NCBI RefSeq assembly: GCF_009914755.1 | Contig: NC_060938.1 | Source of the DNA: the human T2T-CHM13v2.0 reference genome, Homo sapiens | DNA length: 64,000 nucleotides | Strand: one strand, 5' to 3' | Shown: positions 27,491 to 62,062 of the stretch, piece by piece | How the letters are laid out: every line of letters begins with the position of its first letter | How positions within the stretch are numbered: the stretch's first letter is position 1 | The notes under the pieces: model-generated | Told to the model about the DNA's origin: nothing | Database searches by the model: none | What the model saw: only the letters and a program-made list of their open reading frames with translations | Made by a program: the position numbers and the translations under genes

Positions 27491-27840
27491 AGATATGGTT
27501 TGGCTGTGCCCCACCCAAAAGCTCATCTTGAATTGTAATACCCATGTGTCAAGGGGAGAACCAGGTGGACATAATTGGATCATGGGGCGGTTTCTCCCAT
27601 TTTGTTCTCGTGATAATGCGTGAGTCTCACGAGATCTGATGGTTTTATAAGCATCTGGAATTTCCCCTGCTGGCACTCGTTCTCTCTCCTGTCAGCCTGT
27701 GAAGAGGTGCCTTCCGCCATGATTGTAAGTTCCTGAGGTCTCCCAGGCACGCAGAACTGTAAGTACATTAAATCTCTTTCCTTTATAAATTACCCAGTCT
27801 CCGGTAGTTCTTTATAGCAGGGTAAGAGAAGAGTAACATA
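27491..27840 (+). mobile_element. THE1-type MaLR solo LTR
   Basis: gatatggtttggctgtgccccaccc...gagatctgatggttttataa...ataaattacccagtctc. Flanks GGGTA/GGGTG. Confidence 0.92.
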
Positions 27841-28044
27841 GGGTGTTTTCTCCTGACATTTTGACACGTATAGATACGTGTCTGAGTATTTAGGTAAGAA
27901 CTGAGTCACCTTGTAAAAGGTATTTCTTAGTGTGGGTTCATGGTCAGAAAAGTTTGAAAGATACTACTCTGAGGGCCTCATGAAACCTACCAGGACTTCC
28001 ATAAAACTAAATGAAAAGTCACTGCACTAGGGAAAAAACATTTC

Positions 28045-28600
<556 letters not shown>

Positions 28601-28645
28601 AAAATGCTTCAAAATAAAAAAGATAAGGCAGTAAAAGTTTCAATG

Positions 28646-30243
<1,598 letters not shown>

Positions 30244-30285
30244 TCAACCTATACCATCAGTAAAATATTTTTCTCAATGAAAACA

Positions 30286-30810
<525 letters not shown>

Positions 30811-32854
30811 TTATTTCCTTTCATATATTTTTCCTTTTCTCAGCCCATAAACATTTATAGCTGTACCTTAATGTCTGCAAATACCAAAAATTCAGTATTA
30901 ATCCATTTGCCAGTAGCAACTGGGGCTTAAAACAACAAAGATAATTAGAAAAATAATGTTCCTGAAGAACACTTTTATATAATGATGTATATCAATATAG
31001 CTTAGTAAATACTATTCATCTGATGAATACAATTTACAAAGGAAAAGTAAATCTAATAGCACCCCATCTTTTTACAAATGACTCTATCCATTTCCTCTTT
31101 CAGATCTGAGCCAGCTCTTGAAAACCATGATGCTGCCTTGAATTTGCTTATAATGCTCAGAGTTACTGTTCTTAAAATATTTCTCATCTTCAGAAAATTA
31201 AGCAAAAGCGAAGTGTGGAAAACAAAATTGCAAGTGCCTGGAGATTATCTATGTCATTTACAAAGGGAAAATACTTAGATGTCCCTCAGGCCTTGTGGAA
31301 TCTAAATTCGGGCACTAATGACATGAGCCATGATAAGATGTCCTAATGAAACAAGACAGACCACCGTTGTTACTGCACAGTGACATGGTGGATAAAGTTT
31401 CACCTAATTAGGTGAGCTCCAGTGAAGAAAAAATTCACTGATAGCATTGTTCAATAACAACTGTAACCAAGATCTAGAAATCACTATCAAAATGAAGACT
31501 ACACATAAATTTACTAATCTCCATATAAAACTTGTTATATTAAAAAAAAAAGACTTGTCTAAGCTTGGTTATCAACTTTAAAAAGTGAAACCTAAAGGTT
31601 TAAAAATATGTTTTCACAATAAATGCCTTGTTCATGTTTTATGCTTCTGAAAACTATTTGCTTGTTCAAAGTAGGGTACATACAGAGCTAAATTTTTTTT
31701 TAATTTTGTTAGTATTGACATTTTAGATAAAATCAGAATGAAATTTATAATAAGACACAACATTAAAGGACTTTTACCATTTATTAATAATAAAAATAGC
31801 TAATTATTTTTGCTTGCTATGTTTGAGGATAAGCCCCTCTCCTTTTTTTTAACTCTCAACAGGCCTATGCTAGGTGCTAGGATGATGATCCTGTCACTGC
31901 AGACAGACTGGCGTGTCCAAGGCCATGTGACTGAGATGCTTCAGACATGACAATCTAACCCAAGTGTGTCTGACTCCAAAGCTTAAGTTTCTACTCAGAT
32001 AGTTCAGGAACAAAACAGTGCTAAAGTTTATGAACATTAAAAAAAAAAACCCAACTATTCAAGTTCTTCATCTTGATGAAACTACAGGAAATAATCTTTA
32101 CCCAAAAATTATCAGATGGGTAAATCAAACTTTTTTTTTATAATGAAAGAACTCACTTCATACATGTAATATACACATACCTTTGAAAAACAAAACATTG
32201 TAAGTGTGACATAAAAGGATGAATTAGTAGATATTCATCGTAAAATCCAAAGATTAATGTACTCACAGGCTAGCCTGCCACCATGCAAAACATTTCCTAC
32301 TACAGAAAGGAAATTAAAAATGAAAACTTTAACGCCTTCCTTCCCACTCTATGAGTTCCCACTCTTTTATGAATGTGGTTTGGGTCCTGAGATTTGGGTC
32401 TGCTCAGATACCAGAAGAGCCCTTATAAAACCCATCTACAATTTGTAGAATTTCAATACCATCCCTTTTGAAGACACTACTGATTAAAACATTAGGCTGC
32501 ATATGAGTTTTCATATTTCTATGACCATAATTTCTACTCTTGCAAACAACAACCTATATTATGGAGAATGACTGAATTTCTCAATGTTAATATTGTCAGG
32601 TACCTGTTTTCACACAGGGAGAAGAACGAATATTTTCTTGGCAGCTACTAGACAAATCATACACCAGTTGATTTCGTCCTCATGGCAACCTCAGAGACAT
32701 CAACTGGGATGGCCTTCAGATGACAATTCTTTCTCCTCTTCTCTGGGCTTCACATTTGGGCAAGTTCCCAGGGGTCACGCTTATTTTACATGGCCCATCC
32801 CTCTTGCCATGCTGACTCAACTAAGAAAAACACTTGATGAAAAATGTTCTTCAT

Positions 32855-33812
<958 letters not shown>

Positions 33813-33994
33813 GTCATGCCCTAGAGAGAAAGCCTACCACACCTGCTGCCAAGGTCCCCAGAGCTCCCCTGTTTCTGCCCCATCTGAAGATCTCTGGTTG
33901 TTAGGCTATCCCTCCAGAGTCCTTCCAATAAACCCCCTTTTGAGAGGTTACAAAACAACAGTTGGTTTCTGCCACTTGAAACCAAAAGGAACTT

Positions 33995-34155
33995 AACCGC
34001 TACAATTATTATCATTTTACAAAGAGAAACCTGAGTTGTAAAAAAGGCTCAGTACTTATCCCAGACCCACAGTTACTTGTAGTAGAGTTCAGATATGAAC
34101 ACCAGTCTGACTGGCTCCTAAGCCTGCACTTATTCCATTAAAGCACACTGCTTCC
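33995..34155 (-). mobile_element. MIR
   Basis: attattatcattttacaaagagaaacctgag...gtctgactgg. Confidence 0.65.
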
Positions 34156-34614
34156 AAGGCCTTGAGTGGTCCTCTACCTGCCAACGGGTACAGAGAGCTT
34201 AAAACAAAAACAAGGGGGAGGGGCAGGGGAAAAAGGCCAGCAACAATCAGGCTTCAGTCCCAGCAACTTCCCTAGGGAGGGACGCGTGAGAAGCAGGAAT
34301 CATCCTATTACGGACAACGCCCCTCCCTTCTCACGACCCCACCAGGTCCAGAGCCTCAGCTCCTCTGTTCAGCAAACACAGGAAAGCCCCAGCTCCACGA
34401 AGTTGAAAGCTCTGGCCACAGAAGAGGAGAGAAAATGGGGCCAAATTCGCAGATCACCTTTCCTTTTGTTTTATCATCTTTCTACACTGCTGCAAAATCA
34501 TTTTCTCTCTCTTCTCAAAAATAGTGTTGTTATTGGCTTAGCACTCAGGATGTTCTCACAAGGACCCGTATTTTGACACAAAAATAAAACATTCAATAAA
34601 CATTCACATTAGTC

Positions 34615-38830
<4,216 letters not shown>

Positions 38831-39015
38831 GGAGACAGCAAATGAGTGTCTTTAAGTCCACAGTGCCTATGATCATGTGGGTATATAATAAAAGGGTAAT
38901 AAATATTTGTTGTATGTCACTTTCTTTGTACTACATTTATCTTCCCTACTGGGCCATCACATCTTTCACAATGCCCTGGCATTTAGTCAGAGCACAAATA
39001 TATTTGTTGAAAGTA

Positions 39016-40413
<1,398 letters not shown>

Positions 40414-40779
40414 TATAGATTTAACACCCAGGATATAACTACTTCCCGCTCAGCCCAGGCCACTTGACCTTTCTGGATCTCAGGATGCATACACAATTCA
40501 AACTTGAAACCCACCTGCTTCACCAGGAGCTTCCCTAACAGGGCTTTCACATAAAGAGGTCTACTCAGGTATTACCATGAGAAGTCAGCATTACAAAGGA
40601 TCTTAGCAGTTATTAGTCTGGATTTCTCCTCGCTTTATAGTAAGAGAGTTCATAAATTATGGTTTTATGACAAACTAATAAAGCTTCAAATCACAAGAAA
40701 TACATTGAAAATTTCAAAACAAAAGTACAAAGCAGTTAAGTTTAGATTATGGTAGGTATAGGCCATGCACAGTGGGGAA

Positions 40780-41815
<1,036 letters not shown>

Positions 41816-42205
41816 TAACCATAAAGCTTCAGCTTAAGAGACTTCGATAACAATTGGTTGTCACCTAACAAAAAAAGCTAACAAAACACTGAGGTTCATT
41901 GTTCCATTACATTTAATCATGGAACTTAGCTACTGTGACTTTATTACCAAAAGTATAAGCAGCTACTATTGCTATTATAAAAACAGCATTTTCCTCTCCT
42001 AGTTATCCCACAGAAGCCTTAGTATCTAACTACCAGCAACTCTCAAAAAGGACAAGAAACCAATTGGACCATAAGGTATTCTCTATTAAGAGTGATTTTT
42101 AAGAGTTTGTTCAATTCCAGAGGCAAATAACCAACCACACAAAGAGACTAAAATTGGGCTCTAATGTTTTTGTTTTATGGCAAGACATGGCAGTATAAAA
42201 AGCAC

Positions 42206-42545
<340 letters not shown>

Positions 42546-43544
42546 TTACCTTTTATGTAACATAAATTGGTTACATTTACAGGATCACTCATTCATTCAT
42601 TTAGGAAAATTTTACTCAGCCCAGCTTGGCCCTGGGCCAGGCTCTGAGCTAACTTCTGCCCTCACTAAACTTGGAGCAGACACAGAGAAAGGACAGCAGA
42701 AAACTATGGTACAGAACTGCAGAATGCCACGAGATCCCACAGAAGGGCTGCCTGCTCCAACAGGAAAGACTTCCCAAAGGACGCCACGGAAGGTTAAGAC
42801 AGAAAGGAGTAAGCCACAGATGGAATGAGAGGGTGGGCAGATTATGTCCCAAGAAGACAGGACAGACTGGAAACAGCAGGGCCGGACTGCTAATCAACGG
42901 CAGATGAAAGCAGGACTGAAGAATCCCCCATTAGGAGCTGCTTTCTTCTGTGCCAAAAACTTGACATTCAAAGAACCATACGAAGATTTGGTTGTTTCCA
43001 GCCATGCGTCTTCATTCTATAAGGTGATAAAGGTCCTCCTCTTACCTGTCTTCCAAGTACTAAATAGTAATCTTTTTATATTTTTATTTTACTTTTGCTA
43101 CTCTTTTCTACTCTATTAACAAAGAAGTGGAGACTCTCAAAATAATCCAGTGTGTTAAATATACTGACTGCAAAAAAAGATAAAACCATGAAGTCTCCCC
43201 AGACATAGTAGGATTCTAAAGTGTTTCAGAGAGAAAGAGTGGCTTAATTGTAACAGTATTAATTAAATGCTGATAAAAACCATCCTCTCAAAATTTTTCT
43301 AATTTTAATTATAAATCTAAATCCTTTATTTAATCACACTACTGCTGTGCTTGTTAATGTTGCAGCGAACAAGGAAACTAGTTACCTGAAGACATCAATT
43401 AGAAAGCATCCTCACAAAATGACACTTCAACATTTTTTTCTTCACCTGTGAAAACTTGCTAAATGCCTATGTGAAATTAAGCAATCTCTAAAGCAAGAAT
43501 GTCTTTGAACTATAGTGAATCAAAATAATTTAATGTTTTTAAAA

Positions 43545-44720
<1,176 letters not shown>

Positions 44721-44877
44721 GTAGTTTTCCAAACATACAAACCAAGTATTCATAACTGAAAACTACTATAATAAAACCCCAGCCATCTATAATCCTTAAG
44801 GAATTAATTCTTATGAATGGCAGCATTCTCTGAATGGCTGGGGATTTAACCCTTCCATCTCAGGCAAAATCTGAAAT

Positions 44878-46265
<1,388 letters not shown>

Positions 46266-46792
46266 TCTAAAATGTATCCAGTTGCTGTCTACATCATTGA
46301 TATTATTTACTGTTTTCTTGATGACTCAGTCATCATGAGGAACTTTAACTACTACCCTATGTGTAATCTGTCATCTGTAATTGTGACAATTGTTGGGATG
46401 ACTAAGGTCAGGCTGCCCACCTTCAGACCTCAACCTCAGGTTGTGCTTGAAGCTATACCTCTGTATGATTTCCAGTCTGAGACCACACTCTCCAGCCAGT
46501 CTGTCTGCCAACGACTACCCCTCTAGTAATCTCAGATGCAGCTTCTAATGACTTAGAAGCCTGGTAAATTAGAACTGTGTAACATGTAAGAATAAAGGTT
46601 ATGTGAAGGATTGAGGAAGTCTACAAACTGAATTCAGTTTCAACGCCAAGTTCCTTGACAACTATTTTGATCACTCAGAGACCCTTCTCTGCCTTGACTA
46701 TTGTAAGGGACTACTCTCTTCAACTCCAGACACTTAAAGGTATCAATTTTAACTTAAATTGCAGCACTTTACATCTCAGCTTAAGATCCATC

Positions 46793-48495
<1,703 letters not shown>

Positions 48496-48697
48496 ACTAG
48501 TAAGTACTACAAAGAGGAATAAAGCACAAGAAGGGGAGAGGCATTTCATACAAGATGGAAGATGCCATCGAGGTAGAGACCCCAAGAAGGGCTTTTCAGC
48601 TGACTGATAGGACACTGCATGAAGTGAACCTTATTCTGGTTCTGAGTCAGGTCTGGAAAACAGAAAGCACTGCACAGGGAAGGTAAATTTTAATGTC

Positions 48698-51000
<2,303 letters not shown>

Positions 51001-51614
51001 TTCACATCTGTATTTCCCATCACAAATACTAGCTCTATCACAAAAATCTCTGTTTATACTTTGGTAATTTGTGATGTTGACTATTATTTACTGATACTAT
51101 TTTCAAGAATGTCATTGGATAGAAATACAAACATGCAACTGAGTAAAAAGCAGGACACAAGAAATCAACACAGACAGAAATTACACCTCTACAAAAAGTG
51201 TACATATAAACTCTGCCAGGTGCCTGGAGCACAAAGATGGACAAAGTGAGTCCAGTCCCTGCCCTGAGAACCTTGGTCCAGTGGGCTCAGGGTGACGCTC
51301 ATCAGGCAAACCGGAAACACAGGGAGGACGTGTGTGGGTGCTGCAGATGCCCAGGCAGCAATCCAGAACCCACTATGCTAAAGCCACTGAACATAGGCAA
51401 AAAGTTTTATTTAACATATCTATTTTACCTTAAGATTTAAGGATAACATCTTTCTGGACATGGCAGGCATCTATCTCAAGCTCCACACAGCCAAAATAAA
51501 ACTCCTTATTCTCACAACCCTTTAAACTTACTCCTTTCTCAAGCAGTATTTTCTATCTTAAAGGAAAGGCAAGCCTGGCTGCTGAAGCAATAAATCTGTT
51601 ATCCTCAATTCCAG

Positions 51615-51732
51615 CTATCTCCCTCCCTCCCTCCTTCCTTCCTCTCTCTCTCTCACACACACTTACATGTGCATGCACGCAAGCACTCACTCCCTCACAT
51701 GCACACATTCACACGCACACATACACACACTC
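51615..51732. repeat. CT/CA low-complexity tract
   Basis: Read directly from the sequence. Confidence 0.85.
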
Positions 51733-51935
51733 TCCATCCGATCTATTTACTGCTTTTCAACTGGATCTTTCTCTTCTTCAGGTCCTCAAGTCAGGCCTAC
51801 AACAATTTGTTTCCTAACTACTCTTCCTGTTTATTTTTAATCTCCCTTACTGCACCAACTATCTCTCTTCCAATAATTCTGGCTCTAGAATTATCTTTCT
51901 ATCATACAAACCTGACTCTATCACTCCACTTTTTA

Positions 51936-52307
<372 letters not shown>

Positions 52308-52328
52308 TCAAGTCTAACTCTGTTATGG

Positions 52329-52362
52329 CACACACACACACACACACACACAGACACACACA
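52329..52362. repeat. (CA)n microsatellite with one interruption
   Basis: Read directly from the sequence. Confidence 0.95.
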
Positions 52363-53104
52363 GCTCTTCACAATGGGGTCCAACAGGACCTTCCACATCA
52401 TATCTTTCTTCATTCAACAAATATTTATTTAGCACCAACTATGTGTCAATCACTGGGCTAAACGGCAGTGGTATAATGGGAAACAAAAAGAGAGAGCTCC
52501 TGCTCTCATGAAGCTCACAGTCTAGGACAAGAAACAGAAATCAACCAGTCACACAAACAAATGTTTAAGATTACAACTAAGACAATTACTGCAAAGAACC
52601 TCCAAATAAAATAATCTGAAATTAGACAGTGGCAATAGTTGTCTCGTGCATATACTGAAAACCAATGAACTGTACACATTAAAAGGTGAATTTTATAGCA
52701 CATGAATTATACCATATCCCCCTCCCCAGAAAAAGACACGGCAGGGTGAGCACCTCTGATGGTGGAGTTGGCTAAGGCAGAGACGGTGAAAACTTTCCAG
52801 AGGAAATAACAGAGCTTACAAATAACATATTTACTGAGCATTTACTACATGCCAGGCAACTTTCACCGTACTAATGCATCTGATCCTCCTACCAACAATG
52901 TAAAGTTACTATTATGCTCAACTCAGAGGTAAGTGAGGGGTCAAGTAACTTTAAGGTCAGAGAGCCCACAAATGGCAATGCCAGCATCCATATTTAAGCA
53001 GAATAAAGTGAGGGTCTGCACTCTTACCTGCTACAGTAAAGTCACCTAGGCAATGACTATTACTCAGAACTACTTACGATGCAATAAACACAGACCACTG
53101 TGTT

Positions 53105-55763
<2,659 letters not shown>

Positions 55764-56332
55764 TTACTGAATTAGGCTGTAAAATCAAGCTTATCAAGTC
55801 ACCTAATTCTTAATTAAAAAATAGTAGCAAACATTTACTGAGCTCTTACTATCTGCTCTGTCATAAAAGATGCTTCGGAAATGAAAGAGTTTACTAGAAG
55901 CCTGCCAAAACAAGTGTCAAGTTGCCTCAACCTTTGATGAAGCGAATATGAATATTAGAGAACTTCATGCAAGTATCTGCTATAAATCAGCTACTGGACC
56001 AACCATAAATGCCTGAAAATTACCACATCCACCTCATTTTACAGATGAGAAACTGAGGCCCGAAGAGACTAAGTCCAAAGGTCCTCACTAACAAGTAGGA
56101 GCAAGAACCCTATTTCCAGTTCAGGGTTTTGTTGTCAATTACGTGTTATTTGTTTATTTAAAAAAGAGAAAAACCTATTCTAGTATCTCAAAATGCTTCT
56201 ACATAGTTGGGAAGAAAATGAATACCTAGAATAAGTAAATATTTAATGAAAGCTAAATACTGAAAACAAATTAATGTCATCCCTACCCTGCAGTAAACAT
56301 GCTGAAAGGGCTCCTAGGACAGAAATAAGTAG

Positions 56333-58865
<2,533 letters not shown>

Positions 58866-58925
58866 GTTACCACGACATTATATACTAATTGCCAATTTTC
58901 AAATAAAATAAAATATACTCTAAGC

Positions 58926-59249
58926 CTATGTTGTCCAATATGGTAGTCACTAAGCACATGTAGCTACTGAGCACTGGAAATGTGCTAGTCTGAGCTGAGG
59001 TGTGTGCTGTAAAATGCAAACTGTCACCGGATTCACACCAGATTTCAGACACTTAGTACCAGAAAAAATGTATAATATCTCATTAGTGGTTTTTTCATAT
59101 TGAATACGTGTTAAAATAATATTTTGGATATGCTAAGTTAATAAAAGGATACTACTAAAATTAGTACTTTTTCAACTTGTTTCATGTAGTTACCACAAAA
59201 TTTAAAATTGCATTTGTGGCTTGCTTTACATTTTTATTGGACAGTGCTG
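58926..59249 (+). mobile_element. MER33 hAT-Charlie element, full length
   Basis: tgtccaat...attggacagtgctg termini. 8-bp flanks CTCTAAGC/CTCTACAC. Confidence 0.88.
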
Positions 59250-60049
59250 CTCTACACAAACTGCAAAATATGACCCAACGTTCCTTTGATTCATCATCAT
59301 CATGATGAATACCAAATATACAATAAATCGAGAAAAATCTTATTTACATTTTTGGATACATAGTTTAAAATATTACCAAGTAAGAATGGCATTTCTGAAA
59401 ACTCCTACTAAATTTACAACCAACTCCAACTGTGTTAATAGAGGAAGGACTCAGTCCTACAAGTAGTATTTTTAGGGATCAAAAAGGAAATACAAAAGTA
59501 AAAGCCATACATGAGAGTCTAAGAGAAATACCATCTGTTTCTAAAAGGCATTTTTAAACAAAAGCGGTGTTTTAAACAGGTAATAGACCTGTTTTTTTAA
59601 AAAACAGTATTTTATTGTTTTGAGAAATCCGAAGAAATGCCCCAATTCCCAGCTAAACAAACCTCTTAAAAAGGAAACCTGTGAAGGTAGGAACTCAAAA
59701 CTCTACTCCCGTGGAATAGAGGTAAGATGTCTGAATGAATCATATGGAAAATGTAAGCCAAGTTTCTTAGCAGGATATTTATAATTAAACATTATACAAC
59801 GACGAAGCCAGCCAAAATTTTTCTAGATATCCTTCAATGCCACCACAGTATGAATGCATCAATCAACTATTACAGGATTTAACTAAAACTACTTTCAAAA
59901 TTCTGAAACACCATAATGCCTTTCATCAAAATCTAGCTAGTGAGAATTAGGGAGGGAAGTTTCCAAATGCCTTATCTTATAAAGTTAGAAATTGAAAATT
60001 CAAAGCCATATTAAGAATAATAAATATTTGTATGACATTCTGTTCAACC

Positions 60050-60240
60050 ATCACTTTTGGATACATCATCCTATTTGATCCTCAGGACAGCGCTCAGATA
60101 TTGGTACATTTTTATCCCTACTTTAGAGGTAATTCCAGGCTCAAAGACCTTGACTTCTTCAAGGTCACATAGCTAAAAAGTGGAAGAACCAGCGTTTCAC
60201 CCCAGATCTTCTGATGCTCATCCAATTCTCTTTCCATTAC
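60050..60240 (-). mobile_element. MIR
   Basis: atttgatcctca...caaggtcacatagct...cccagatcttctga. Confidence 0.7.
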
Positions 60241-61420
60241 AAGACAATTATTCATTTAAAACCAAATGTTTAGAAACCCAACAAGTCTGATGCTAAAGAA
60301 AGACCTAAGGATCAAGTAGATCAAACCTTAAGACTTGGAAAACGCTGAAAGCCGGCTACAAAACATGCTGGAATCCGTTAAAAACGGGGAGAAGAGATTA
60401 TCAAGAGAAAGGAAATCAAAGAGGAAGAAGGGGGATCTAATCTAAATGTCCTTGGGTGCAGCATAGCAGAATGGCAATATTCAAGTAGAGAATGCAGGGA
60501 AACTGCACTTTCCTGTGAAATGTGATTTTCAACGTAGTATTGTAGGTTAAAAAAATGACTGTGTTACTTTACTATAAACGTGTTTGAGAATTTTACTTAC
60601 GATATAGGCGCTCAGAAAACCAATACCTCTCCAACTGGGTACAACCAGTCCCACATTTTTTCATAAGTCATGATGCTTACCTCCCAAAAAGCCAATTTTT
60701 AAAAATCAGAATTCAGCATCCCCTCCTATTCAGATTATAGGTAAAGGGAAGGGTCGGTAGGACGATGGCAAATCTAATGGCCAATGTCTTTCTAGGCGAA
60801 AGCATCCTTAAGGGCAGGACAAAGACACCACCACTACAAACGAACCTCGTTCAACCTTCAGAACACGGAGAACAAACCAGTTAAAGCAAAACGAACCAAC
60901 ATTGCAGATACGGGAAAAGGGAATTCCTAAGATGGCTCTCCAAATCCGTGCACTCGGCACCTTTCCTCAGTACAACCGCGAAGGCTACGGGAATGCGCCT
61001 GCAGAGTGTGGGAACTCCGGGCGCGGGTGCCCACCCCGCCGACTCCCAGGGCGACCCCAGAACGTTCGTTTCAGGCGGGTCACAGCTGCGCCACCCACCA
61101 GACCTGTGCCCCAGCGTCCGACCGCGCACCTGAGAGGACCGAGGAGATGACCGGCCCCAAATGCATCTGCTTCTCCCCGCGGCCGCGGAGGCCGAGCAGG
61201 AAGGGCCCGCAGGCGGCCCCGGCCCCGCGCTGACAGCCCGGCGCCGCCCCCACCTGCCCGCCTGGGGGGCGCCGCGGCCGGGCGCGCCCGCCCAGCCACT
61301 TCCTTCCCCGCCCGCCCGGCCTCGCACCGGCCCGCGGGGGCTGGGAGCCGCGGGAGGAAGGAGGTTTGGCCAGCGGCCCGCGGAGGAAGCCGCCGCCACC
61401 TCCCGCCCGCCCTCACCCAC

Positions 61421-61429
61421 CGGCATCAT
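61421..61429 (-). CDS. PPP1R13B: PPP1R13B (ASPP1) coding part of exon 1: Met-Met-Pro
   Basis: Minus strand reads ccccgcg ATG ATG CCG|GTGGGTGAG. Phase-0 join to exon 2 gives [40 protein letters not shown], which I recognise as the ASPP1 N-terminus. Lies in the CpG island. Confidence 0.95.
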
Positions 61430-61715
61430 CGCGGGGAGAGTCCGCGACGCCCTCGGCCGCCGCCTGACAGGACGCTCCGCGCCGAGCTGTGCCCACCGCT
61501 CCGGCCGCCTCCTAAGGCCGCGCTCCCGCCGCCGTGCTCTCCGGCCCGGCCGCGGCGAGGCGGCAGCTGCGGCGGGCTGCGGGGCTCTCGCTGGCCCTGT
61601 CGCGGCCGCCGGCGCGCTGCGTCGCTGTCCCGGGCACCCGGCCGCCGCCGCCGCCGCCTCAACCTCAGCCTCAGCCTCAGCCCCAGCCCGACAGCCTGCG
61701 GCCCGCCCGCCCGGC
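61430..61715 (-). other. PPP1R13B: PPP1R13B 5' UTR (exon 1); upstream limit approximate
   Basis: GC-rich and AUG-free stretch between the start codon and the CCAAT/GC-box cluster. TSS estimated only from typical CCAAT spacing. Confidence 0.7.
61641..61688. repeat. (GCC)6 followed by a degenerate (TCAGCC)5 hexamer repeat
   Basis: Read directly from the sequence. Confidence 0.95.
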
Positions 61716-61780
61716 TCGCTCTTCAGCCCCCGCAGGCCCCGCCCCCAGCGCGACGCCCCGCACGGGTCCCGTAGCCCCCT

Positions 61781-61910
61781 CTGATTGGCCCGGTGGGAGC
61801 GGGGGCGGGGAGAGGGGCGGGGCTTCCCGGCTCCGCCCGCTACCCTCGCTCTCAGCGGCGGCCAGGTGCGTGCGCGTCCGCGCTCCCGGCGGCGGGGGAG
61901 GGGCGGACGC
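61781..61910 (-). promoter_or_regulatory. TATA-less proximal promoter: CCAAT box and GC boxes
   Basis: GGCCAATCAG on minus (ATTGG 61784-61788). GGGGCGGGG at 61802-61810 and 61814-61822, CCGCCC at 61833-61838, GGGGCGG near 61900. Confidence 0.75.
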
Positions 61911-61969
61911 GCAGTGGGCACCGGTGGCCTCCCCCGCCCTTGCGTGAGCCCCGACTAGGGAAGACCGCG

Positions 61970-62062
61970 GACGGTGGGAGGACTGAGGCCCGACAGGGAA
62001 GGGCCGGCCCGGGTCCCGCAGCGGATCACGGCAGGGCCGGGACTCGAACCCGGGCTCCCGGG
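61970..62062 (-). mobile_element. GC-rich MIR relic with B-box
   Basis: Colinear with the MIR consensus (gaaactgaggcccagaga...ggcagagccgggattcgaacccagg). GGTTCGAGTCC on the minus strand. Confidence 0.65.

Noticed and set aside
31400-31415. Perfect 16-bp palindrome TCACCTAATTAGGTGA
   Set aside because: About one palindrome of this length is expected by chance in 64 kb.
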